Shown here piece by piece: positions 48,053 through 57,021 of a DNA stretch of 64,000 nucleotides (positions are counted from its first letter, which is position 1; each line of letters opens with the position of its first letter). The stretch comes from Candidatus Hydrogenedentota bacterium (GTDB lineage: Bacteria > Hydrogenedentota > Hydrogenedentia > Hydrogenedentales > SLHB01). The notes beneath the pieces were generated by a model. It worked only from the letters and a program-made list of their open reading frames with translations, was not told the DNA's origin and did not search any database. The stretch covers positions 32,001-96,000 of the forward strand of contig BTVY01000021.1 of NCBI GenBank assembly GCA_045863335.1, given 5' to 3'. The translations under genes were made by a program, and so were the position numbers.

Positions 48053-48268
48053 ACCTAGACCTCCTTTCATGTTGATCGTTCTTCGTTGCCCCCCATGGAG
48101 CGTGGCGACAGTATAGCATAAGAGATCCTGAGAAACAACGAGTTGTGGGAGAAAATCTCTCGTACCCATGGTGCTGTGCCCCAGGGCCATACGTTCACAG
48201 CAAATTCGAAATCCGAAGCACGAAATCCGAAGCTAATTCCAAGGATCGGAACCTGAATGGATGCCCCC

Positions 48269-48358
48269 TGTGGCTTGGGCGTCCTCGCCCAAGAGGTCTG
48301 CCGGGGTAGCCCGCAGGTTACATCCCCAGGAGCTTGTGCGAGGACGCCCAAGCCATGG
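48269..48358. repeat. REP-like inverted pair, preceded by heptamer repeats (cgaaatc/cgaagca, 48208-48234)
   Basis: gtggcttgggcgtcctcgcccaag ... cttgtgcgaggacgcccaagccat. Confidence 0.75.
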
Positions 48359-48448
48359 CTACTGTCTCGAAATGGGACTGGTCTCCGGCATGGTTTTTAG
48401 GGCATTATCGGCGTTGATGAGCCAATCGCGGCCACGGAGAATCTCACG

Positions 48449-49963
48449 GTGAACGCCAATCCGCCCAATATCCTCTTCATTATGACCGACCAGCAACGCG
48501 CGGACGCGTTGCAAGCAGCGGGGAATCCCCTCATCTTCACCCCCAATATGGACCGGTTGGCCGCGCGGGGCGTCCGGTTTACGCGCGCGTATTCCACCTG
48601 CCCGGTCTGCGTTCCGGCCCGGTACACCATCCGGACCGGGCGGGAACCCCACACCACGGGGGTCTATTCCAACGCGGCGCCGGACCCGGTCGAAGGGCAG
48701 CCGGCCGCCATGGAGGACCGCTGCGGACCCTACCTGGCGCGAACGATGACCGGCCTCGGCTACCGGACCTTCGGGATTGGGAAGTTCCACTCCCAGCCCC
48801 GCGACGAAGACCTGGGATACGAGGTCCATCTCCACAGCGAAGAACTGTTCGGATCGCCGGAGGACCGGAAGAAGGACGCCTATTGCCGGTTCATCGCGGG
48901 CGAGCATCCCGCGTTCTCCTATATCGAGGATTATATGGGCGAGCGAACGGAAATGTACTACATGCCCCAACAGAGCCCCCTTCCGCCGGAGCTGACGGTA
49001 GAATCGTGGGCGGCCGACCGCGCCGTGGAACAAATACAGTCCTCGGATTCGCGTCCGTACTTTGGCTTTGTATCCTTCATCGGGCCTCACCCGCCGCTGG
49101 CGCCGCCCATCCCTTTCAACCGGATGTACGATCCCGACGAGATGCCTAACCCCATCCGGGGTGACATTGCAGTCGATCACATGGACGAACAGATCCCCTG
49201 GATGAACCACGCCGTGTGGGCGGAGGACATCAACGATGCCCACGCGCGCGTGCTTCGGGCGCGATACTATGGCGAGATCTCCTATATCGACCAGTGCCTG
49301 GGCCGCATCCTGGACGCGGTAGACGCCCGCGACGACGCTGCCAACACGCTGATCTGCTTCTACTCCGACCACGGCGACCACCTCGGCGACCACCATGGCT
49401 GGCAGAAGGAGAGCTATTTCGACGTATCCTGCCGCGTGCCGTTCCTGGTGAGTTGGCTGGACCGGCTCGACGCCGGAGTCGTGAGCGACAATCTGGTATG
49501 CCTGACCGACCTCTTCGGCATCGCCACCACCGCCGCCGGCGCGCCGGACCTGCGAGACGGCTCGGACATTCTGGGCGCACTATGGGGCACGGCAACGCCG
49601 CGCGAGCGGGTCATCGGCCTCTACGGCACACCGGGCACGCCCCGATTCAAAGTCATGGTCCGCGAAGGCGACTGGAAATACGTCTACTTCGCGAACGGCG
49701 GTACGGAACAACTCTTCAACCTAACCGAGGATCCCCACGAGCTGCGGCAACGCGCGCAGGACAAGCCAGACGTCGTCGCACGACTCCGCGCAACCGCCGT
49801 GGAGGCCGTAAACGTGCCCAACGCGAACCGCGCCCTCGACGCCGGCGGCCTTGTCGCCTTCCCCTTCGAAGCCCGCCCCTTCCGCCGTATCGTACAGATG
49901 GACCGGTCCCGCGACATAACCGGCTTTCCGGAGAACCCGGGGGACCTGTTTGCCGGAACCTAG
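48449..49963 (+). CDS. Cytoplasmic sulfatase (choline-sulfatase-like)
   Basis: PNILFIMTDQQRAD, CVPAR, GKFH, GPHPP, SDHGD. Confidence 0.9.
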   Translation: MNANPPNILFIMTDQQRADALQAAGNPLIFTPNMDRLAARGVRFTRAYSTCPVCVPARYTIRTGREPHTTGVYSNAAPDPVEGQPAAMEDRCGPYLARTMTGLGYRTFGIGKFHSQPRDEDLGYEVHLHSEELFGSPEDRKKDAYCRFIAGEHPAFSYIEDYMGERTEMYYMPQQSPLPPELTVESWAADRAVEQIQSSDSRPYFGFVSFIGPHPPLAPPIPFNRMYDPDEMPNPIRGDIAVDHMDEQIPWMNHAVWAEDINDAHARVLRARYYGEISYIDQCLGRILDAVDARDDAANTLICFYSDHGDHLGDHHGWQKESYFDVSCRVPFLVSWLDRLDAGVVSDNLVCLTDLFGIATTAAGAPDLRDGSDILGALWGTATPRERVIGLYGTPGTPRFKVMVREGDWKYVYFANGGTEQLFNLTEDPHELRQRAQDKPDVVARLRATAVEAVNVPNANRALDAGGLVAFPFEARPFRRIVQMDRSRDITGFPENPGDLFAGT

Positions 49964-50017
49964 TGTCCTGAGCCCTAAGTTCCTTCTCAAGAATCTTGTG
50001 TGACGTGTTGGTCAAAG

Positions 50018-50050
50018 TCCCCCTTTGAAGGGGGATTTAGGGGGATGTTC
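50018..50050. repeat. CCCCCTT-nn-AAGGGGG repeat copy
   Basis: tccccctttgaagggggatttagggggatgttc. Confidence 0.8.
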
Positions 50051-50271
50051 CCTCAGATACCGGGACAAAAAATGAAAAGAATCTCAAATTCGCTACGCTA
50101 GCGGCTCCCGTCGCCTGACTCGATCGGGGGCGTGGTCTCTGTCTATATTGTCCGTATATCTGCCTCTGTTCTCTGACGGCAACGGATGGGGATGCCGGTT
50201 GGATTCCAGGTCGAGCGCGGGTGAATGAGATTTGCCGGGCGGCATACTTTGTCTTCTACGCAAAGGGTTGA

Positions 50272-51654
50272 ATGATGCGATTTTGGTGCGCACGATTGGG
50301 TTCTTTTCTGTCATTGGTGCTCCTGAACGTTTCCGCGTGCTTCGTTGCGGTCGCGCAGGGGACCGCACTCCTGCCGGAACAGGAAGCCGCGTTACGGGGG
50401 ATTGCCCGGGCCGAAACCGTTGACTGGACGGATTTGACGGGGGCTCAGGCCACCGCGTTGCACGAACGGGCGGAGCGGTATCTCGATCTGTATCAGAAGT
50501 ACCACTTGCCCCACGGCTTGAATGCCGACGTCTGGTGGAACGACTACGAGCGGTCGAGTGTGAGCCGGCTTGAGGGGCTTGGCGACAGCGCGGCGTGGAC
50601 AGGACATTACCTGGCAGCCCTCGCGTTGAAACACAACGTCACGCAAAACGCGAAGACGCGGTCGGACATTCTGGCCGTGTTGGACAAGTTCGACCTCCTC
50701 ACCGTCGTGAGCGGGCGGGAAGGGTACATCGCGCGGTACGCGGGTCCGGCCGATGACGCGGGCTATCGCGAGTACTACAGCGTGTACGGGAAGGGCGAGG
50801 ATCCCGATCGCCCGGGGCTCGGGAAACGGGCGTTTCGCGGTGTTGAACCGTACACGGACCTCGTCTGGCTGGGGTATAGCTCCCGCGACACCTACGATGG
50901 CGTTAACTTCGGCCTCGCAATCGCGTTGGCCTATGTACGCGATGACGAGGTCGAGGGGCGCGTGAAGCGCATCGTCGAACGGGTCGTCGACCGCCTCATC
51001 GAGGATTCGTGGGACATCCCCGATGGAAAAGGCAATACGACGCGCGCGACGCCGACGTACAAGGCGGCGTGGATGCGCACGGCCCTGTCGGTCAATGGCG
51101 AGAAGTATGGCAGCCTCCGGGAAGAATATGCGGAGATCTGCGCCTGGATTGCTCAACGCTCGTCCCTCAAGTCGCCCTTCGAGCGGGAGTATTTTGCGAA
51201 TAACTTACTGTTCATTCGCTTGTCCGCGCTATGCGCGCTCGAGAAGGATCCCGAACTGAAGAAGCTCCTCAACGGCGCGCTCACGGGGATGTACTTAGAA
51301 ACGCGCGACCACCTCAACCCCCACTTTGCCGCCATCTATCTGCTTGCGACGGGCGATACGGAGAATGAGGAAGCCCGCGCGCTGGTACAAGGACTGTTGA
51401 TCGACTTCCCCGGCCCGCCCAAGTTTGGACGTGCCGTCGACCTCCGAAAAGATACGTCCATCGAAATGCAGGACGACGAGTTCACGAAGTACGCCCTGCT
51501 ATCGCGGGAGCGGGTACCCAGCGATTTCTACTGGCAACGCTCGCCGTGCCTGAGCCACGGCAGCTTCGATCTGCCCTACGAGTTTCCCGGGATCGACGTG
51601 TTTCTGCCCTACTGGATGGGGCGCGTGGCCGGTGTGATACCGGCGCCGAATTAG
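50272..51654 (+). CDS. Secreted hypothetical protein (probable alpha/alpha-barrel)
   Basis: Signal peptide; GDSAAWTGHYLAA, SSRDTYDG, WQRSP, PGIDVFLPYWMGR. Confidence 0.75.
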   Translation: MMRFWCARLGSFLSLVLLNVSACFVAVAQGTALLPEQEAALRGIARAETVDWTDLTGAQATALHERAERYLDLYQKYHLPHGLNADVWWNDYERSSVSRLEGLGDSAAWTGHYLAALALKHNVTQNAKTRSDILAVLDKFDLLTVVSGREGYIARYAGPADDAGYREYYSVYGKGEDPDRPGLGKRAFRGVEPYTDLVWLGYSSRDTYDGVNFGLAIALAYVRDDEVEGRVKRIVERVVDRLIEDSWDIPDGKGNTTRATPTYKAAWMRTALSVNGEKYGSLREEYAEICAWIAQRSSLKSPFEREYFANNLLFIRLSALCALEKDPELKKLLNGALTGMYLETRDHLNPHFAAIYLLATGDTENEEARALVQGLLIDFPGPPKFGRAVDLRKDTSIEMQDDEFTKYALLSRERVPSDFYWQRSPCLSHGSFDLPYEFPGIDVFLPYWMGRVAGVIPAPN

Positions 51655-51852
51655 GAAACGCTCACTCGACCTAACCCCATTGCGCGTTCCAGACGCTAGT
51701 GCTAGTATTACAAAAGGATCACGGGCGCACGGATCACCCGCGCGAAACCACCGGATCAATGAGGGGGATCAATAAATGGTTGCCGTTTCCATTTGTTGTC
51801 GAGAGAGTTTATCAGACGTTTCCAGAAAGTCGAAAGGAGAAAGACGGTGTTT

Positions 51853-52218
51853 ATGCTGAAAGCGGTGTTCTTCGTGTTTCTATTGGCACCCGTGGGCGGG
51901 GGGGCAGTTGGCGCGCTCATTGCAGCAATCTCGTTCGTGATGTCAGGGGAATATGCGTCGTTTGGAGCTTCATTTGGCATTCCGATCGGTGCGTTTACCG
52001 GGTTAATACACGGACTGATTTTTGTGTGGTTTTTGCCCGAAGAATCATTAACCCGCTTGATAGTGTACCTAACTCTTGGGACGCTACTCGGAGCGATGCC
52101 CATGGCGTTGATTCCCGATTTTGCGGTACCTGCATGGTTTGGCGGGGTTGTCGGGTGCTGGGTCGCGTTCGGATTGTTTAAGAGCAAACTAATTGAACAT
52201 TATATGGGTGCGGAATAA
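51853..52218 (+). CDS. Gly-rich four-TM hypothetical membrane protein (low GC)
   Basis: AAGGAG upstream; four hydrophobic Gly-rich helices; AT-richer codon usage. Confidence 0.6.
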   Translation: MLKAVFFVFLLAPVGGGAVGALIAAISFVMSGEYASFGASFGIPIGAFTGLIHGLIFVWFLPEESLTRLIVYLTLGTLLGAMPMALIPDFAVPAWFGGVVGCWVAFGLFKSKLIEHYMGAE

Positions 52219-52554
52219 TTGGGGACATCCATGATAGGTATAAGTCAAGAGGCAAAGCGGGCGGTTTGCCATTCTGCGCCGAACTAGGGATCGCTCACTC
52301 GATCTCCCCTTGTACGAGTCTTGTAGCGCCCGGTTTTCATGCCGGACGAAACTCAAAGCCGCACATCTGCGGGGAAACTGCGCCCGCCATGGAAGGCGGG
52401 ACGCTACGGATCGCCGTATGCGGATTCTTACCACGGGCTGCTCATGGACTTGTTTGCCGGGGCGTAGCTTGCGCAAGCGGACATTTCTAAATTGCATTGC
52501 TAGCTCCCGTGACCGGATTCGATCTCGGGGGCGATCCTTTTTATACTGTCCGGC

Positions 52555-54018
52555 ATGAAGAACAAGCTATCGCGACGGGAATTCTTGTACCGGACTACGG
52601 CGGCGGCGGCGACTTTGCCGGCAGCACTGTATGGCATTTCGCATGCGTCTGCGCAGCAACGGCCAAACATTGTCTTCATCTGCACGGACGACCAGGCGCC
52701 CTGGGCCTTGGGGCGGTCGGGGAATCCGGACGCCCATACGCCCAATCTGGATCGGCTCTTTGACGAGGGCGCGTATCTCACCGGCGCGTTCGTGGTCACG
52801 CCGGTGTGTTCGCCTTCCCGCGCGTCGACCATGTCGAGCCGCTACGGCACGGAAGTGGGCATCACGGACTGGATCAATCACCGGCTCGACGATGAGGCCC
52901 ACCTTGGACTGCGCGCGGAGTTTCCCGTGTGGCCGGAACTGCTCCACGAAGCCGGCTATCACACCGGGCTGGTGGGCAAGTGGCACTTGGGCACCGATCC
53001 TCAGTACCACCCGAAGAAGCGGGGATTCGAGTATTTCTCGGGCTTTCTGACCGGCGGCACGAACCCCAAGGACCCCGAGCTGGAAGTCGACGGGGAGAAG
53101 AAAGCGCATCAAGGGCTCACCGTGGACATTCACACGGACTACGCGCTGGAGTTCTTGAAGCAGGATCACGGCGGCCGGCCTTTTGCGCTGAACGTACACT
53201 ACCGATCGCCCCATGCCCCGTACCTTCCCGTGGCCGATGAGGACATGGCGTTCTTCGACGACGAGTCCATCGACATCCCGAACCCGACCCTGCCGGGGCT
53301 GGACGCGGAGCGGGTCGAGAGACTCATGCGCGAATACCTCGCGAACGTGGCGGGGATCGACCGCAATGTCGGGCGGATCCTGGCCTATCTCGACGAATCC
53401 GGTTTGGCGGAGAACACCATCGTCGTGTTCACCAGCGACCATGGATACAACGTGGGCCAACACGGTATCCTCCACAAAGGCAACGCGCGGTGGATCCTCA
53501 CAAAGTTCCGGGAAAACCGCGGGGTGGACGGAACCAACGCGCGGCCGAACATGTTTGATACTTCGCTGCGCGTGCCCACCTGCATCCGTTGGCCGGGGGT
53601 GCTCGCGCCGGGCACGGTCCTCGACGAAACGACGACCAATCTGGACTGGTTTCCCACGATCCTGGAGATGGCCGGAGTCGCAATCCCGCAGGAGATCACG
53701 ATTCGCGGAAAAAGCATCGTGCCGCTCCTGCGCGGCGATGCGGGTATCTGGAATGACGAGTTCTACGGCGAATACAGCCAGCATCACTACGTGGAAACCC
53801 ACTTGCGCATGTATCGTACGCCGCAGTGGAAACTGATTCGCGATTTTAAAAGGCCGGGATACGGGGAGTTGTATGACCTCGTGAACGACCCGACGGAATC
53901 GACCAATATGATTGACGCCCGAGAAACGCGCGGGATCGTGCAGGCGCTCGACGCGCGCATCCGCGCGAAGATGGAGGAAACCGGCGATCCCGTTTTGGAA
54001 TTGGCGTCGGCCGTCTAA
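52555..54018 (+). CDS. Tat-exported sulfatase
   Basis: SRREFL; TDDQ, CSPSRAS, GKWHLG, SDHG. Confidence 0.92.
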   Translation: MKNKLSRREFLYRTTAAAATLPAALYGISHASAQQRPNIVFICTDDQAPWALGRSGNPDAHTPNLDRLFDEGAYLTGAFVVTPVCSPSRASTMSSRYGTEVGITDWINHRLDDEAHLGLRAEFPVWPELLHEAGYHTGLVGKWHLGTDPQYHPKKRGFEYFSGFLTGGTNPKDPELEVDGEKKAHQGLTVDIHTDYALEFLKQDHGGRPFALNVHYRSPHAPYLPVADEDMAFFDDESIDIPNPTLPGLDAERVERLMREYLANVAGIDRNVGRILAYLDESGLAENTIVVFTSDHGYNVGQHGILHKGNARWILTKFRENRGVDGTNARPNMFDTSLRVPTCIRWPGVLAPGTVLDETTTNLDWFPTILEMAGVAIPQEITIRGKSIVPLLRGDAGIWNDEFYGEYSQHHYVETHLRMYRTPQWKLIRDFKRPGYGELYDLVNDPTESTNMIDARETRGIVQALDARIRAKMEETGDPVLELASAV

Positions 54019-54063
54019 TCCGCGCACCTGCGATCGTGTGCCTCGCGCTGAAGGGATTCCCAA

Positions 54064-55179
54064 GTGCAACCAAGCATCGCCGTGGCCGGCGGTTGGGGGT
54101 ATATCGGCCAGAAGTTCATCCAGGCGGCATGCCGGCTGGGTTGGCGTGTGTACGTCTACGACCCCTCGCCCATTCCGGCGCCGATGAAGTCCCTCCCCAT
54201 CGAGGTGTTCGACGACGAATCCCGGTTCTACGAATTGCCCGCAACCCTCTATCACTTGGCGCTCCACCCGCATCACCGGAGGGCCGCGTTGGAGCGGCTG
54301 TTCGCGCGCGCCGATGCCGGTCAGAAACCGATCGTCCTGTGTGAGAAGCCCATGGCCGATCCCGGGAACCCCGAGGAAGGACGCTGGCTGCTCCAAACGT
54401 GCCGCGCGTCGGATACGATCGTGCTCTTCGATTTCATCGAGTTGTTTGACGACATTACATTGCGGGTCCACCAGTTCCTATCCCAGTTCCGTCACGTGTC
54501 TTTGCAGCGCATTCATATGTGGCGGTCCAAGGATCGCGAAGACCCGTCGATCCCGCGCAACTACAAGATCATGGTCCCCATTCAGTATCAGGAGACCGTG
54601 CATTGCATCGCTTACGTGCTCAGCCTTTTCGCCCAAAGTCCACCTGGGCTGGAGGGGGCATTCGCGCACGGCGTCCGCATAACGGGAAAATCGGAACGCT
54701 ACGCGCCACCGAATCCGGAAGACTATTCCGTCCCGGTGGATGGAAAGGTCGAAGGCACAATCCAACTCGGGGAGACCTCGGTTCATTTGCACACCGATTT
54801 CAAATCGGGGGCGCTCTTCACCAAGCGGCGAACAATTGAGGGCATCGGCGATGGCGTGCCGTTCCATATCGAGGCCGAACACCTGGAAGGCCGGAAGTAT
54901 CTGATCATCAACGGGACTCGGACCGAGATCCCACCCGATGCGGAGGCATACCACCAGGTCATCCAGCGATCGGTTCAGTGGGTCACGGAACACGGCGGCG
55001 ACGTCAACGCGAATCTGCGATTTCCCAATACGACCTTTGCGTGGTACACCTATCAGCTTTCCGCCATGCTGTGGGATAGCTGCAACGAAGGCGCGCTGAA
55101 GAGCGCCAAATCCGCGCGGGAGATTCTGAACTACGAGCCCGGGTACCCGCATCATCTGCGCGAAGGAATGGGCGAATGA
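54064..55179 (+). CDS. Gfo/Idh/MocA-like NAD(P)-dependent oxidoreductase
   Basis: AGGWGYIG Rossmann loop; LCEKPM. Confidence 0.7.
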   Translation: MQPSIAVAGGWGYIGQKFIQAACRLGWRVYVYDPSPIPAPMKSLPIEVFDDESRFYELPATLYHLALHPHHRRAALERLFARADAGQKPIVLCEKPMADPGNPEEGRWLLQTCRASDTIVLFDFIELFDDITLRVHQFLSQFRHVSLQRIHMWRSKDREDPSIPRNYKIMVPIQYQETVHCIAYVLSLFAQSPPGLEGAFAHGVRITGKSERYAPPNPEDYSVPVDGKVEGTIQLGETSVHLHTDFKSGALFTKRRTIEGIGDGVPFHIEAEHLEGRKYLIINGTRTEIPPDAEAYHQVIQRSVQWVTEHGGDVNANLRFPNTTFAWYTYQLSAMLWDSCNEGALKSAKSAREILNYEPGYPHHLREGMGE

Positions 55180-55304
55180 ATCGCGGCGACGCACTTGCGC
55201 GGCTGTCGCCGGATGAGACTCCTCACACGTGGCCAAGTCACTCACCACCAGTAGAACTGGTGGCTTGAGGAAGGCCCCTCAAAGGGGCCCGCAGCAAAAG
55301 AGAA

Positions 55305-55456
55305 GAACATCCCCCTTCAAAGGGGGAAAGCCATGCAACGCTTCGCGTTGGGTTGGGGATTGTCGATACCCGGGTTCGGAGAAGGTTACGCGGCATATAC
55401 CGATTGCCATAGTTACGCATAATTCCCCCTTTGAAGGGGGATCAAGGGGGATGTTC
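55305..55456. repeat. Inverted pair of CCCCCTT-nn-AAGGGGG repeats
   Basis: gaacatcccccttcaaaggggga ... aattccccctttgaagggggatcaagggggatgttc. Confidence 0.85.
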
Positions 55457-55581
55457 TTCTCCTCCTTCTCAACGCGCTCGGTGCTCCGATCCTGTACGAT
55501 GCACGACGGAACGGCACAGCCTTGTCGATTTTCACCACGCCATGGCGTGTGGCTTAATGAACAGTTAAGGAGACGCAACCA

Positions 55582-57003
55582 ATGCCAATGGCACCCCAAG
55601 GACTTTCCAAAATGGAAGTACTCGAACGGCTTCAGGCGATGAAGGCCCGCGACTTGCCGTGGCGGTCGGGCAAGGTCTTGGCGTACATCTACGACGGCGG
55701 CGAATCGGTTGAGCATGTGACCAAAGACGCCTACGCCATGTATCTCGCGGAGAACGGTCTCGACTTCACCAGCTTTCCGAGCATGGTGAAACTGGAGCGG
55801 GACGTCATCCGGGCGGTCGCGGACCTCCTGCGCGGGAGCGAGGGCGTCGTCGGGAGTTTCACCTCCGGCGGCACGGAAAGCATCTTGTGCGCGGTCAAGA
55901 CGGCGCGGGACTGGGCGCGCGCACACCGGCCGCACATCACGACGCCGGAAATCGTAATGCCGTTGACCGCCCATCCGGCGTTCTACAAGGCCGCCTGGTA
56001 TTTTGGTTTGAAGGTGGTGGCGTGCCCATTTGATCCGCAATCGTACCGCGCCGACGTGGCCGCAATGCGTGAGGCAATTACCGAGAACACGATTCTCCTT
56101 GTCGGCTCCGCGCCGGGCTACGCCCAGGGCGTGGTCGATCCCATCGCCGAGATCGGACAACTCGCGCTCGCTCGAGACCTGCTCTTCCACGTCGACGCCT
56201 GCGTGGGCGGGATTCACTTGTCCATCATGCGCCGCGCGGGATTCAACGTGCCGGACTTCGACTTCTCGATCCCCGGCGTAACGTCCATGTCCACCGACAT
56301 GCACAAGTACGGCTATGCGGCCAAGGGCGCGTCGACGGTGTTGTATCGCAACGCGGAACTGCGCCGCTTCCAATACTTCGCCTGCGTGCGCACGACGACC
56401 TACGCATTTATCAACTCGACCGTCATGAGCACAAAGTCCGGCGGGCCCGTGGCGGGGGCCTGGGCGGCGTTGCATTTCTTGGGTGAAGACGGCTATGCCG
56501 AAATCGTCCGGGAAGTAATGGAGACGACGCATGCCATGATCGATGCGGTGAACGCCATCGACGAACTGCACGTCCTCGGCAAACCCGAGATGTGCATGTT
56601 CTCGTTTGCATCCGACGCGCTGAACATCTACCAGGTCGCCGACGCCATGAAGAAACGGGGCTGGTACCTCCAGCCTCAGTTTTCCACGCCCTACTCCCCC
56701 GCCAACCTTCACGTCACCGTGACGCGGGCGAACGTGGGCAAAGCCCCCGAGTTCGCCGTCGATCTCCGGGACGCGGTGAACGACGTGCTCGCATCCGACG
56801 CCCCCATCCGCGCGGAGGATCTCCGCGCGCAACTCCTCAACTCGGACTCGCCTCAAGACATCCGCCAACTCAGCAGCGCCTTCGGCATCCAGAACGGCAC
56901 GCTCCCCGACGACCTCGCCCTCGTCAACACCGCGCTCGACATCCTTCCCGACGACGTGGTCGAAGAGTTGCTCATCGACTTCATGAGCGACTTGTTTGCG
57001 TGA
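55582..57003 (+). CDS. PLP-dependent group II decarboxylase family, sphingosine-1-phosphate lyase-like
   Basis: TSGGTESI, AHPAFYKAA, SAP.Y..GVVDPI, HVDACVGG, DMHKYGY..KG. Confidence 0.85.
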   Translation: MPMAPQGLSKMEVLERLQAMKARDLPWRSGKVLAYIYDGGESVEHVTKDAYAMYLAENGLDFTSFPSMVKLERDVIRAVADLLRGSEGVVGSFTSGGTESILCAVKTARDWARAHRPHITTPEIVMPLTAHPAFYKAAWYFGLKVVACPFDPQSYRADVAAMREAITENTILLVGSAPGYAQGVVDPIAEIGQLALARDLLFHVDACVGGIHLSIMRRAGFNVPDFDFSIPGVTSMSTDMHKYGYAAKGASTVLYRNAELRRFQYFACVRTTTYAFINSTVMSTKSGGPVAGAWAALHFLGEDGYAEIVREVMETTHAMIDAVNAIDELHVLGKPEMCMFSFASDALNIYQVADAMKKRGWYLQPQFSTPYSPANLHVTVTRANVGKAPEFAVDLRDAVNDVLASDAPIRAEDLRAQLLNSDSPQDIRQLSSAFGIQNGTLPDDLALVNTALDILPDDVVEELLIDFMSDLFA

Positions 57004-57021
57004 GACCTTGGTTGTGACGCG

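Noticed and set aside
46480-48150. Trp-rich peptides as trp attenuator leaders or RiPP precursors of a local cluster
   Set aside because: No co-oriented biosynthetic gene lies downstream (the array converges on glnA), and there is no adjacent modifying enzyme, peptidase or exporter and no leader/core structure.
49960-50010. ctagtgtcctgag... as an IS or MITE end
   Set aside because: No matching inverted end or transposase was found nearby.
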